Assembly (NCBI GenBank): GCA_963765675.1
Contig: CAVXXK010000001.1
Coordinates: 2,048,001 to 2,112,000 of the forward strand
Length of the DNA: 64,000 nt
Direction: 5' to 3'
Origin: an uncultured delta proteobacterium
GTDB lineage: Bacteria > Desulfobacterota > Binatia > Binatales > Binataceae
The notes beneath the pieces were generated by a model. The model was not told the origin of the DNA, made no database searches, and worked only from the letters and a program-made list of their open reading frames with translations. Both the position numbers and the translations under genes were made by a program. Below, piece after piece: positions 1 through 9,831 of the stretch (positions are counted from its first letter, which is position 1; each line of letters opens with the position of its first letter).

Positions 1-562
1 CGGCAACGCCGGCACCAAATTCATCTACAATCGCGAGCTGACCGACGTTCAGAACGCAAAGAACCAGATTCCCGACGCGCAGGCCTATATCCCAAAGATC
101 GTGCTGTCCGACGTGGACATGAAGATGTCGGAATCACGCGTGCCGGCGATCTTCGGCAAAATGACCAACAGCGGTGACAAGGCGATCGACGAGGTTCAGT
201 TCACCGTCACCTATTCGGAGGGCAAGGGCAAAAAGAAGCAGCAGGTCTTCACCGAAGTTCATGTGCCGATCGCGACGCCGCTCGAGTTCACCGATTTCGC
301 GCGTCCCGTGCTGCCGTTTGTTCCGGGTGAGACGCGCAATTTCGGCTTCAAGCTGACCGCGCCGCCCGACATCCAGCAGAAGGCGACGCCCGATCTCAAC
401 GTGACCTCGATCGTCTTTACGCAGTCGAGTGCGCCGCTGCCGAAGCCGCCTACACCGACTCCGTCTGAGACGGCAACGCCGGCCGCTGCCGCGTCTCCGG
501 CCGCCAGCGGAGCGCCGTCGCAGGCAGCTCTGCCGCCGCCTCCTCCGCCGCAGAAGAAGTAG
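1..562 (+). CDS. Hypothetical protein, 5' truncated by the window; possible FxLYD/Ig-like domain with Pro/Ala-rich tail
   Basis: Frame open from base 2 to TAG at 560-562; GKMTNSGDKAIDEVQFTVTY segment; low-complexity PTPTP/PPPP C-terminus. Confidence 0.6.
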   Translation, partial: GNAGTKFIYNRELTDVQNAKNQIPDAQAYIPKIVLSDVDMKMSESRVPAIFGKMTNSGDKAIDEVQFTVTYSEGKGKKKQQVFTEVHVPIATPLEFTDFARPVLPFVPGETRNFGFKLTAPPDIQQKATPDLNVTSIVFTQSSAPLPKPPTPTPSETATPAAAASPAASGAPSQAALPPPPPPQKK

Positions 563-670
563 GCTGCGCAACCGCTGACACGATCCCGAACCGCGCCCGC
601 GTGCCGGAATTTCCGGCGGCCGGCGCGGTTCGGCTATTATCGGGGGTGCGCCCAGCGCGCGGATCTCAAT

Positions 671-1579
671 TTGCCAACCACGATCACGGTCGCGATTCCG
701 ACGCACAACCGGGCTGCCACGCTCCGCGCGACGCTCGGCGGTATAGTGGCGCTCGCGATTCCGGCGGGCGGCGAGCTCGATTGTATCGTGGTCGACAACG
801 GTTCGACCGACGCGACACCCTCCGTGGTCGAGGCCTGCGCGAAATCCGCGCCCTTTCCGATCCGCCGCGTGTTCGAGGAGCGCCTGGGCTCGAGCTTCGC
901 CCGCAATCGCGCGATCGTCGAGTCACAATCCGAGTTTATTTTCTTTATCGACGATGACGCGCTGGCGGAAACCTCGTGGGCGGCCGAGATGCTCTGCGCG
1001 ATGAATGAGCGCGCGCTCGACGGCGCGTGTGGACTGGTCCTGCCGCGATGGACCGCTTCGCCGCCGCCGTGGCTCGGGCGAAGCCTGTGGGTCAAGCTCG
1101 CGGTGCATGACCGGGAGCGAATCGAAGCCGAGCCCGCGGAGCGCGCGGAGAATCTTGCGAATTATTTCAGCGCCAACGTAGGTCTCAGGCGCGACGCGAT
1201 TACGCGGTTCGGAAATTTCCGCGAGGATCTTGGCAACGTCGGCGGCAATCCGATGTCGGGCGAGGACACCGAACTGTTCGCGCGCATAATCGCACGCGGC
1301 GGACGGATGGGTTTTGCGCCGCGCGCGATCGTCAATCACCTGATTCCCGCCGAGCGGATGACGCGCAAGTACCTGCGCCGCAAGAGCTTCGCGTATGGCG
1401 TCGGCAGCGCGTTCGCCGCCGGGCGGCATCATAATCATCCGGGCAAGCTGATTCGCAATGCCGCCCGGATGGCCGCCGCCGCAGTGCGCGGCGACTCCGA
1501 GCGCGCGATCTTTCATGAACTGGAATGCGCAAATTTCTTAGGCTACTGGCGCGGCCGGATGCTCGTGCGGAGGAAATGA
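671..1579 (+). CDS. Glycosyltransferase family 2
   Basis: IPTHNR, VVDNGSTD, FIDDD and GEDTEL motifs. Confidence 0.9.
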   Translation: MPTTITVAIPTHNRAATLRATLGGIVALAIPAGGELDCIVVDNGSTDATPSVVEACAKSAPFPIRRVFEERLGSSFARNRAIVESQSEFIFFIDDDALAETSWAAEMLCAMNERALDGACGLVLPRWTASPPPWLGRSLWVKLAVHDRERIEAEPAERAENLANYFSANVGLRRDAITRFGNFREDLGNVGGNPMSGEDTELFARIIARGGRMGFAPRAIVNHLIPAERMTRKYLRRKSFAYGVGSAFAAGRHHNHPGKLIRNAARMAAAAVRGDSERAIFHELECANFLGYWRGRMLVRRK

Positions 1580-1593
1580 CCTCGCGCCCTGTG

Positions 1594-2004
1594 TTACTTC
1601 AGGTACGCGAGCATCCTGCGTTTTAGAATTTCCGCGAGGTACGGAATCGTGTTCATCGCGGCGAGCTCGTTAGGCTTTACCCACGACGACTCGACGTGCT
1701 CGTCGGGCCGCAGCCGCACAGCCTGATATACGCTGAGCCGGCACGCGTATATCACTTGCAGATACGGCTGGCCGATCATGGTGTTGATGCCGAGCAGCCC
1801 CTCGAGCGCGACGTCGAGCGCGGTCTCCTCTTTCACCTCGCGCAGCAGGCACTCCTCGGCGCTCTCGCCGATTGCCAGATGCCCTCCTGGCAGATCCCAC
1901 GCTCCCGGAGCGTAGCGCATCGTCGGCGCGCGCCGCAGCACCAGCATTCGCCCCCGGTTTGCAATCACGCCATGTACGCCAACATAGAACTGCGCTTCCG
2001 CCAT
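1594..2004 (-). CDS. NUDIX hydrolase
   Basis: Nudix box PGGHLAIGESAEECLLREVKEETAL. Confidence 0.9.
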   Translation of the reverse strand: MAEAQFYVGVHGVIANRGRMLVLRRAPTMRYAPGAWDLPGGHLAIGESAEECLLREVKEETALDVALEGLLGINTMIGQPYLQVIYACRLSVYQAVRLRPDEHVESSWVKPNELAAMNTIPYLAEILKRRMLAYLK

Positions 2005-2130
2005 CGCTATTTCGCCTCTGGATACACGGACCTAAAACTACGCGCCGGTCCAATGCTGCGCTACATAAGTGTGATGAAGTTCTAGTTCCGCCATTCCCCC
2101 GACATTGCCGCATGATGGGTTTTTTCTTAT

Positions 2131-2209
2131 ACCCTCTCCCTCCGGGAGAGGGCGACGCGGCGCGGCGATTGCTCTTTTTTAGCAATCGCCGTGACGCGTG
2201 GGTGAGGGT
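2131..2209. repeat. REP-like palindromic extragenic element
   Basis: CCCTCTCCC-TCC-GGGAGAGGG hairpin, inner CGGCGATTGCT/AGCAATCGCCG hairpin, closing GGGTGAGGGT. Confidence 0.7.
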
Positions 2210-2326
2210 GCTGCTCTGCTGCCAACAAGGCCGATCGCAATCGAGGGTTCCCATTTTCCGCGCTGATTGTCGTATGACACCCGCGCGCAGTAGGATTCGC
2301 GTGCGATTTCGAGAGAGGGAGCGGCG

Positions 2327-3556
2327 ATGGAAAAATCCGAATTCTTTCGCGACGCGCGCAGCGATATCCCCGGCCCGCTGGCCGGCGTGCGCGTCCTTGA
2401 AGCGACCACCAGCTGGGCCGGTCCGATGTGTGCGTGCGTGCTCGCCGATCTTGGCGCCGACGTGATCAAGGTCGAAGATCCGCAGGGCGAAGTCGCACGC
2501 CGCCTGCCGCCATTTCTGCCCGATACGAATCCGCCGGTCAGTTTCGCGCAGGCCACCGTCAACCGGAACAAACGCAGCCTGACCCTCGATCTGCGCACGC
2601 CGCGCGGCCGCGATATTTTTCTCGCCCTCACGCAGCAAAGCGATATCGTCGTGCAGAATTTTCGTCCCGGCACGCTCGACAAGTGGGGCGTCGGGTTCGC
2701 CGAATGCCGCCGCGTCAAGCCCGACATCATCTACGTCTCGATCAGCGGCTTCGGGCAGTTCGGCCCGATTCACGATCGCGTCGGCTACGATCCGCTGGCG
2801 CAGGCGCTGTCCGGCTTCATGTCGCTCAACGGCGCCGTTGACGGCAGCCCGATCAAGGCGCCGACTTTCCTGTGCGACGATCTGGCAGGACTGCACGGCG
2901 CGATCGCCGCGCTCGCCGCGCTGCGCCATCGCGCGACGACCGGCGAGGGGCAGCATTGCGACGTCGCGCTGCTCGACGCGATGCTCTTTCAATCCAACGG
3001 CTATCCGACTTTGGGCGCGCTCGGAATTGCGCCGCCGAGGATGGGCAACGAGTTCGGATTCTCGGTTCCGACGAACACCTTTCATTGCCGCGACGGAATC
3101 GTGATGCTGGGGACGCTACTCGATTCGCACTGGAAGGTGCTGGCGCGGATCGTCGGCCGGCCGGAGCTTGGCGACGATCCGGAATACGCGCGCATCGCTC
3201 AGCGCATCACGCATCGCGGCGAGTGCAATGCGATGGTTGCGCGATGGTGCTCGGAGCGCACGGTCGAGCAGGTGGTCGAGATTTGCGCGCGCGAGGCGAT
3301 CGCGTGCGAACCAGTGCAGACCTACGGCGATGCCGCGCGCGATCCACACGTACTCGCGCGCGACATGATGCAGCCGGCTGTGCAGGAGGGTGGGGCGAGC
3401 GCGCCGATTGTAGGTCCGCCAGCAAAGTTCTCGCGCACGCCGACACGCGTTCGGACCGGGTCCGCGCCGCTAGGCGCGCACAACGACGAGATCCTGGAGG
3501 CACTCGGTATCGACGCGGCCGCGCGCAAACGGCTCAAAGCGGACGGCGTCATCTGA
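2327..3556 (+). CDS. Family III CoA-transferase (CaiB/BaiF)
   Basis: WAGP..LADLGADVIKVE, NRNKRS, QNFRPG, catalytic Asp region FLCDDLAG, APLGAHN. Confidence 0.95.
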   Translation: MEKSEFFRDARSDIPGPLAGVRVLEATTSWAGPMCACVLADLGADVIKVEDPQGEVARRLPPFLPDTNPPVSFAQATVNRNKRSLTLDLRTPRGRDIFLALTQQSDIVVQNFRPGTLDKWGVGFAECRRVKPDIIYVSISGFGQFGPIHDRVGYDPLAQALSGFMSLNGAVDGSPIKAPTFLCDDLAGLHGAIAALAALRHRATTGEGQHCDVALLDAMLFQSNGYPTLGALGIAPPRMGNEFGFSVPTNTFHCRDGIVMLGTLLDSHWKVLARIVGRPELGDDPEYARIAQRITHRGECNAMVARWCSERTVEQVVEICAREAIACEPVQTYGDAARDPHVLARDMMQPAVQEGGASAPIVGPPAKFSRTPTRVRTGSAPLGAHNDEILEALGIDAAARKRLKADGVI

Positions 3557-3564
3557 TCGCGCGC

Positions 3565-5127
3565 TCAACGGCCCCATCCGCCACCGCCCGGAGTTTCGAT
3601 TCTCACACGGTCGCCCGCGCCGAGCGATACGTTGGTTTTGGCGGGCAGTTTTCTCCTGCGGCCGGCGCGCACCAAAAAATTCGCGCCTTTCGCACCCTCG
3701 CCGCCGCCGGCCAGTCCATACGGCGCGATCGTCCGGCGCTCAGTCAGGAGACTCACGCTCGAATCGACTAGGCATTCGAGCTCGCGCACCAGTCCGTCGC
3801 CGCCGCGCGCGCGTCCGCGTCCTCCAGACCCATGCCGGATCCGGTACTCGGTTATCCGCATCGGGTAGTACGCTTCGAGCGCTTCGATCGGCGTGTTAAG
3901 CGTGTTGGTCATGTGAGTATGAATTCCCGACGCTCCGGGAATTCCGGGAGCAGCGCCTGCACCGCCCGCGATCGTTTCGTAGTAGGAAAAATGGCGCTTG
4001 CGAAAACTATCGAAGCCGCCGACGGTGAGATTCGACATCGAGCCCGAGCTCGCCGCCGGAATCCGATCCGGCGCGGCTTTAGCCAGTGCGCGAAACAGCA
4101 CGTCGACGATTCGCTGCGAGGTCTCGACGTTTCCGCCCGCAACCGCTGCCGGTGCGAGCGCGTTGACGATCGAGCCGGGCGGCGCGATCAGTTCGATCGG
4201 GCGCATCAAGCCTTCGTTGGCCGGCACCGCCTCGGTAGCGAGGCATTTCATCGCATAGAACGTCGCCGAGAGCGTGATCGCATAGTTGGCGTTGACCGAT
4301 CCGCGCACCTGCGGAGCGGAGCCGGTGAAATCGACGATCGCGCGTCCGCCGCCGATTCGGATCGCAACCTCGATCGGAATGCGCGTCGTGCCGACGCCGT
4401 CGTCGTCCAGAAAATCGCGCGCGCGATAAGTCCCGCGCGGCAGGTCGCGCAGCGCCGCAGCCATCAGGCGCGCGGAATAATCCTTGAGCGCATTCATCGA
4501 GGTTGCGACTGTCGCGCGGCCTGTGGTTTTCACCAGCGCGCGCAGACGGTCCGAACCGACGCTCAGCGCGGCAAGCTGCGCGCGCAGGTCGCCCTCGCGT
4601 TCCTCGCTCACGCGAGTGTTCGCCAGGAACAGCGCCAGCACGTCGCGTGAGATCACGCCCGCTTCGACTATCTTCACCGGCGGCAGCCGGAAACCTTCCT
4701 GGTAGATTTCGGTCGAAAGCGCCATCGATCCCGGCGCCATCCCGCCGATATCCGCGTGATGCGCCCGGTTCGCCGCGTACGCGAACGGGCGGGTCTCGCG
4801 GCCGAGAAATATCGGCGTGACGACTGTCAGGTCCGGCAGATGAGTACCGCCCGCGAACGGATCGTTCAGCGCGGCGACGTCGCCGGGCCGCATATCGAGC
4901 CGCGCGACCGCGGCGCGCACCGAGAGCGGAGTTGAGCCCAAATGAACGGGGATATGGGCCGCCTGCGCAACCAGCTCGGCGCGCGAGTCGAAGATCGCGC
5001 ACGAGTAATCGCGCCGCTCTTTGATATTGGGCGAGAACGCGGTCTGGCCGAGCACGACGCCCATCTCGTCGGCAATTGCGGAGAGTCGGCTGTTCATCAC
5101 CGCCAGCGCGACCGCGTCTAGTTTCAT
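3565..5127 (-). CDS. Hydantoinase B / 5-oxoprolinase subunit
   Basis: SPNIKERRDYSC, HIPVHLG, NDPFAGGTHLPD, HTHMTNT, ETPGGGGWG; start MKLDAV overlaps the upstream stop (ATGA). Confidence 0.93.
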   Translation of the reverse strand: MKLDAVALAVMNSRLSAIADEMGVVLGQTAFSPNIKERRDYSCAIFDSRAELVAQAAHIPVHLGSTPLSVRAAVARLDMRPGDVAALNDPFAGGTHLPDLTVVTPIFLGRETRPFAYAANRAHHADIGGMAPGSMALSTEIYQEGFRLPPVKIVEAGVISRDVLALFLANTRVSEEREGDLRAQLAALSVGSDRLRALVKTTGRATVATSMNALKDYSARLMAAALRDLPRGTYRARDFLDDDGVGTTRIPIEVAIRIGGGRAIVDFTGSAPQVRGSVNANYAITLSATFYAMKCLATEAVPANEGLMRPIELIAPPGSIVNALAPAAVAGGNVETSQRIVDVLFRALAKAAPDRIPAASSGSMSNLTVGGFDSFRKRHFSYYETIAGGAGAAPGIPGASGIHTHMTNTLNTPIEALEAYYPMRITEYRIRHGSGGRGRARGGDGLVRELECLVDSSVSLLTERRTIAPYGLAGGGEGAKGANFLVRAGRRRKLPAKTNVSLGAGDRVRIETPGGGGWGR

Positions 5128-7130
5128 CGGCCTGCCTCCAGATGGAGATTGCCGTAATCGTCCGTGCGCATCGTGAATTCCGGCGCGATATATGCCGTCG
5201 AACTCAACTCGACGACGATCGCGGGTCCGTGGATTCGCGCGCCCGCACCCAGCGCGTCGCGCGAATAGATCGGAACGTTTCGTGCGCGCTCGCCCACCAG
5301 CACCTGCCCGTGCGAGATCGGCGACGGCGCTCCGCGCTGTGGCGCAATCCGGGCAATCGGCACGGTGACTGCGCCAGCGTGGGCGCGCATTCTGATATTC
5401 ACGACCTCGACCGGTGCGTCCGGCGTCGAATGTCCGAAAGCGCGCCGATGTGCGGCGTGGAATGCACCGACAAAATCGCGCGTCAGCGGAATCTCGAGTT
5501 CGTACGATTGTCCAAGGTAACGCAGGTCGAGATGAATCTCGGTCATGATCGCGGATGGCGCAACGCCCTCGACGCGAAGTTCGGAGCGCGCCCGCCGCTG
5601 CATCACCGAGGCTCGCGCGACAATTGTCCGATACGATGGGTTGGCAACGCGCACCGTCAGCGAATATTCGCGTCCCAGCGGAGCGCCTACCGCGCCCCAT
5701 GCGCAAAGAAGGCCGGGGTTTCGCGGCATCACGATCCGCCGGATTCCCAGGTCGAGCGCCAGTTCCGCCGCGTGCATGGGTCCGGCGCCGCCGAACGCGA
5801 GCAGCGCGAAGTCGCGCGGGTCGAATCCGCGTTCTACCGTGATCACACGGATTGCGCGTTCCATGTTCGCATTGACTACGCGAATCACGCCGCGCGCGGC
5901 TTTGAGTGGCGTCGTTTTCATCGCGCGGGCAATTGACCCGAGAGCGCGCGCCGCGCGGTCCGGGTACAGGCGCATCGCGCCGCCCAGAAAATTCGTCGCG
6001 ACCAGCCGCCCTGCGAACAGGTCGGCATCAGTGACCGTCGGTGCGATGCCGCGTCCGTAGCATGCGGGTCCGGGATCGGCGCCGGCGCTCTGCGGCCCGA
6101 CGCGCAGCGATCCTCCCGCGTCAACGCGCGCGATCGATCCGCCGCCCGCGCCGACCGTGTGGATATCAATCACCGGCGTGCGGACGGCGTAACCGCTGGG
6201 ATAGCTGAGCGTGCGAATTTTCGCGCGCCGGTCGAACAGCGACACGTCGGTCGAAGTCCCGCCCATGTCGAACGTGATGAAGCGGTCGGTGCCGATCTCG
6301 CGCGCCATCGCGGCCGCGCCAATCACCCCCGCGGCCGGGCCGGACAGAATCGTGCGCACCGGCTCGGCGCGCGCTAGCGCGGAGCCGATCGCGCTGCCGC
6401 CTGATTGCATGATTCTGAGACGCGCGCCGGAAAGGCGCCGCTCGAGATTCGCCAGATGCGTCGCCATCCGCGGCGCGACATATGCGTTGATGACGGTTGT
6501 CGAGAAGCGCTCGTATTCACGGTATTCAGCGAGAATTCGATGTGACACAGACAGCGGACGCCCAAGCGGCGCGAGCGCGCGCGCGAGCGCGTTTTCACTC
6601 TTGGGATTCGCGTAGGAATGCAGCAGGCAAATCGCAAACGCCTGAGCGCCGCTGCGGTCGGCGGCGCGGCGCACGCGATAGAGTTCCGCGTGCGTCAGCG
6701 GCAGCAGGATCTTCGCGTCAAAGAGAGTGCGCTCAGCGACTCCGATTCGCCGCACGCGCGGCACCAGCGGCTCGGGCCGCGAGGGCGCCAGCGCGTACAG
6801 GTCGTCGCGATTCTGGCGCCCAATCTCGATTAGATCCTGGAAGCCCGCGTTGGTGACAATCGCAACTCGCGCACCTTTCCTCTCGAGCAGCGCGTTGGTC
6901 GCGACGGTTGAGCTGTAGGTGAGGAGATCGGGACGAACGCCCGCAAGCATCGCATCGAGTCCGCTGATCACGGCGGCGGCGGGATCGTCCGGCGTCGAGA
7001 GAACTTTGTGCACGCGCAGGCGGCCTTCCACGATCGCGACCAGGTCGGTAAAGGTGCCTCCGGTATCAACGCCGACCGTGATCGAATTAGCGCTACGGGT
7101 GGCGCGGCGATGCGGTTTCGCGCGATTCAC
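5124..7130 (-). CDS. Hydantoinase A / 5-oxoprolinase ATP-binding subunit
   Basis: GVDTGGTFTD, SGPAAG, DMGGTSTD, GAGGGS, GADPGPACYG; GTGA overlap with the upstream gene. Confidence 0.93.
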   Translation of the reverse strand: MNRAKPHRRATRSANSITVGVDTGGTFTDLVAIVEGRLRVHKVLSTPDDPAAAVISGLDAMLAGVRPDLLTYSSTVATNALLERKGARVAIVTNAGFQDLIEIGRQNRDDLYALAPSRPEPLVPRVRRIGVAERTLFDAKILLPLTHAELYRVRRAADRSGAQAFAICLLHSYANPKSENALARALAPLGRPLSVSHRILAEYREYERFSTTVINAYVAPRMATHLANLERRLSGARLRIMQSGGSAIGSALARAEPVRTILSGPAAGVIGAAAMAREIGTDRFITFDMGGTSTDVSLFDRRAKIRTLSYPSGYAVRTPVIDIHTVGAGGGSIARVDAGGSLRVGPQSAGADPGPACYGRGIAPTVTDADLFAGRLVATNFLGGAMRLYPDRAARALGSIARAMKTTPLKAARGVIRVVNANMERAIRVITVERGFDPRDFALLAFGGAGPMHAAELALDLGIRRIVMPRNPGLLCAWGAVGAPLGREYSLTVRVANPSYRTIVARASVMQRRARSELRVEGVAPSAIMTEIHLDLRYLGQSYELEIPLTRDFVGAFHAAHRRAFGHSTPDAPVEVVNIRMRAHAGAVTVPIARIAPQRGAPSPISHGQVLVGERARNVPIYSRDALGAGARIHGPAIVVELSSTAYIAPEFTMRTDDYGNLHLEAGR

Positions 7131-8080
7131 GCCGGTCTCAGCAGAATTTTGAATGTCGACGAGTTCTCCGCCGCAGCGAAAGCCGAGCGCCATTCGTCGA
7201 GCGGAAATTCCGCGTCGATCAACGGGCGCAGGTCGATCCTGCCGGCTTCCATCGCGGCGATCGCCGGCGCGAACCGGCCGCATCGCGAACCGATTACATT
7301 GATTTCGTTGATCACGATCGGAGCCAGGTTCAGCTCAGCTCCGGCGGCCGCCGTGCTCTTGAGAATGATCGTTCCGCGCGGCACGGTGATCGCGATCGCT
7401 CGAACGAACCCATCGGATTTGCCGGTGCAGTCAACGACCACGTCAAATTTGCCGGCGAATCCGGATTCCGGTTTCGTCTCCAGTCCCAGCCGAGCAAGCC
7501 GATCGAGCTTCCCACGATGCCGCCCGAGGACGACCGGCAGGTGACCCTCGGCGCGGAGCGCGAGCGCGACCGTCGCGCCAAGGCGTCCGTCGCCCAAGAC
7601 CGCGACGCTGCGGTCGCGTGACAGATGGAGCTGCTCGAAAATCTCGTACGCCGCCGCCAGCGGTTCGATGAAGATCGCCAGCTCGTCGGGAATCGAATCG
7701 GGAATCGCGAACAGGTTCGCCTCCGGCAGCGCGAGCATTTCGGCGAAGGCGCCGTTGCGGCCGAGGATTCCAAGGACGGTACGATTCGGGCAATGGCGCG
7801 CCATAGCGCCGCGGCACCATTGACAGCTCGCGCGGCCGCATCCAGCGTTGATCTCACCTGCAACTCGCCGCCCGACCAACGCCCGATTCGCGGATCTAAC
7901 GACCTCGCCCACGAACTCGTGGCCGGGGATTCCGCGAAACGCCATGTAACCGCGCGTGAGTTCCAGGTCGGTGCCGCAGATTCCCGCCAGCCGCACGCGC
8001 ACAAGGCTCTCGCCCGCGGCGGCCGGATTCGGATAGTCGGCGCGATAGTTGAGCTGGCCGTCAAATTCGAGCGCTCGCAT
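7127..8080 (-). CDS. Zinc-dependent alcohol dehydrogenase (MDR family)
   Basis: GICGTD, GHEFVG, structural Cys cluster, GDGRLG; start placed at MRALEF. Confidence 0.9.
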   Translation of the reverse strand: MRALEFDGQLNYRADYPNPAAAGESLVRVRLAGICGTDLELTRGYMAFRGIPGHEFVGEVVRSANRALVGRRVAGEINAGCGRASCQWCRGAMARHCPNRTVLGILGRNGAFAEMLALPEANLFAIPDSIPDELAIFIEPLAAAYEIFEQLHLSRDRSVAVLGDGRLGATVALALRAEGHLPVVLGRHRGKLDRLARLGLETKPESGFAGKFDVVVDCTGKSDGFVRAIAITVPRGTIILKSTAAAGAELNLAPIVINEINVIGSRCGRFAPAIAAMEAGRIDLRPLIDAEFPLDEWRSAFAAAENSSTFKILLRPA

Positions 8081-8133
8081 CGGATGAAACTCTCTCCAGA
8101 GCGTGGGTTCATCCGCGCTCGCGGCCATTGAAA

Positions 8134-8167
8134 CAAAAAAGCCGCAGGGCAGGCTACCCTACGGCTC
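8134..8167 (-). terminator. Rho-independent terminator downstream of the FmdB-family gene
   Basis: Minus strand AGCCGTAGGG-loop-CCCTGCGGCT followed by TTTTT. Confidence 0.75.
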
Positions 8168-8187
8168 GGACGATCCGATAGCGGTGG

Positions 8188-8547
8188 TCAATCGGCGGGT
8201 TTCGGCGCGGTCGCCTTTTCTGTCGATGGCTTCGATTCCTTCTTTGGCTTCGATTCGGACTTGGACTCCGTTTTCGACTCGGCCGTTTTCGATTCACCGT
8301 TGGACGCTGAGCCGTTCGCAGCGCCATCGCCAGAACTGCTGCCGCCGTCGGAAGCGGGCGGGGGCGGAGTCTTTTTGCCGTAATCGCTCGCGTACCATCC
8401 AGTGCCCTTGAGCACGAAGGAGTTCAGCGAGATTTGCCTCTCAACTTTGCTCTTGCAGTTTGGGCATTTTTTCAGCGCTGGCTCGGTGATTCGTTGCATC
8501 ACCTCAACCACGCCGCATTTGGGACACTTGTATTCGTAGATTGGCAT
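8188..8547 (-). CDS. FmdB-family zinc-ribbon protein with disordered S/E/K-rich tail (Ruc/Rv0991c-like)
   Basis: MPIYEYKCPKCG...CPNC...FVLKGTGWYASDY. Confidence 0.92.
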   Translation of the reverse strand: MPIYEYKCPKCGVVEVMQRITEPALKKCPNCKSKVERQISLNSFVLKGTGWYASDYGKKTPPPPASDGGSSSGDGAANGSASNGESKTAESKTESKSESKPKKESKPSTEKATAPKPAD

Positions 8548-8567
8548 TCTGGCTTCCAGAGTGCTGA
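8541..8567. promoter_or_regulatory. CIRCE (HrcA operator) overlapping the start codon of the FmdB-family gene
   Basis: TTGGCATTC-N9-GAGTGCTGA versus consensus TTAGCACTC-N9-GAGTGCTAA. Confidence 0.75.
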
Positions 8568-8591
8568 CGGTTCGCGCCAGCTTCTGATGAT

Positions 8592-8620
8592 CAACTAACC
8601 ACCACCATTCTCCGTGTCAA
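8592..8620 (-). promoter_or_regulatory. Putative sigma70 promoter for the FmdB-family gene
   Basis: Minus strand TTGACA, 17 nt, TAGTTG (weak -10). Confidence 0.45.
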
Positions 8621-8670
8621 CGCGCAGATGGCGATTTTCGATAAATCTTCGCCAAATCGACCGTGCGCCG

Positions 8671-8970
8671 CTAGGTGGTGCCATACATCAGGAGCATCGC
8701 GATTTTCGGAATCAGGTATTGTTGAAAAAATTCTATCACGATAATCACGACGATCGGCGAAAAATCGATTCCGCCGAAAAAGACCGGCATATGCTCGCGG
8801 ATCCAGTCGAAGACCGGTTCGGTGACCGAATACAGAAACCTAACGATCGGGTTGTACGGATTGGGTTCGATCCAGGTTAGCAGCGCGGCGATGATCACGA
8901 TCCAGAAATAGATCGTGAGGATGCTCGACAGCGTATTGGCAATAAAGAGTACCAGACTGGGCGAAGTCAC
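8671..8970 (-). CDS. yggT: YggT family membrane protein
   Basis: LLTWIEPNPYNPIVRFLYSVTEP, GGIDFSP; follows yggS-proC. Confidence 0.92.
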   Translation of the reverse strand: MTSPSLVLFIANTLSSILTIYFWIVIIAALLTWIEPNPYNPIVRFLYSVTEPVFDWIREHMPVFFGGIDFSPIVVIIVIEFFQQYLIPKIAMLLMYGTT

Positions 8971-9009
8971 GGGTATTTGTTCCGACGTTTAGTGGGTTCG
9001 CTTGACCAG

Positions 9010-9831
9010 TTATCGCGCGCGGCCGAGTTCGCGCGAGCGATCGGCAGCGGCATGAATCGCGCGGGCAACAATATCAGAAAATCCCGCCTCGGCGAATCGG
9101 CGCAAGGCGGCGACCGTCGTCCCACCCGGCGATGCGACTACTTTTATCAGCTCGGCGGTGTCGAGCTTTGATGAACGCATCACCGCTTCCGCGCCGCGAA
9201 TCGTCTTGAGCGTGACTGTGATGGCGAGAGGGCGGGCAAGCCCGGCGCTGACTGCGGCGTCGATCATCGCCTTGGCGAACAGGTAGACGTAGGCGGGGCC
9301 GCTGCCGGAGACGGCGGTGATGGCGTCAAGCAGCTCCTCGTCCTTGAGCGCGACCGCCTCTCCGACCGAGTTGAAGATTCTCAGCGCGACGGCTTCGTCG
9401 GATTTGCTCGCGCCGCGGCTGCGCACTATCGCCGCCATCCCTTCGCCGACCATCGCGGGCGCGTTCGGCATCACGCGAATCACGCGCGCGCGGGGACCCA
9501 GGTATCCGCAAATCCGCGCGATCGGCACTCCAGCGGCGATCGAGATGAACAGGTGATGCTTCGGGTTGGGGCCGAGCGCCTTCGCAATCGATTCGAGCAC
9601 GTCGTCGATCGTTTGCGGCTTGACCGCGAATAAAATGGTACGCGAGTTCTTGATCACCTCCAGGTTATCCGCAGTGACGCTGATCTTGAGTTTTCGCTTC
9701 AAGTAGGTGCGGCGAGCCGCAACTACGTCAGATACGATCAGATCGGCTGGCTTGAAAACCTTGTGCACGATAAGGCCATGGGCCAGCGCCTCGGCCATGT
9801 TGCCGCCGCCGATAAATCCGAGTTTCTTCAT
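9010..9831 (-). CDS. proC: Pyrroline-5-carboxylate reductase
   Basis: GFIGGGNMA, RVMPN, SGSGPAY, VASPGGTT. Confidence 0.96.
   Translation of the reverse strand: MKKLGFIGGGNMAEALAHGLIVHKVFKPADLIVSDVVAARRTYLKRKLKISVTADNLEVIKNSRTILFAVKPQTIDDVLESIAKALGPNPKHHLFISIAAGVPIARICGYLGPRARVIRVMPNAPAMVGEGMAAIVRSRGASKSDEAVALRIFNSVGEAVALKDEELLDAITAVSGSGPAYVYLFAKAMIDAAVSAGLARPLAITVTLKTIRGAEAVMRSSKLDTAELIKVVASPGGTTVAALRRFAEAGFSDIVARAIHAAADRSRELGRAR

Noticed and set aside
1670-3085. Long antisense and alternate-frame ORFs here and throughout (e.g. 11693-13204, 15283-16776, 52723-54054, 56419-57624)
   Set aside because: Shadow ORFs of well-supported genes in high-GC DNA; Arg/Ala-rich with no motifs.
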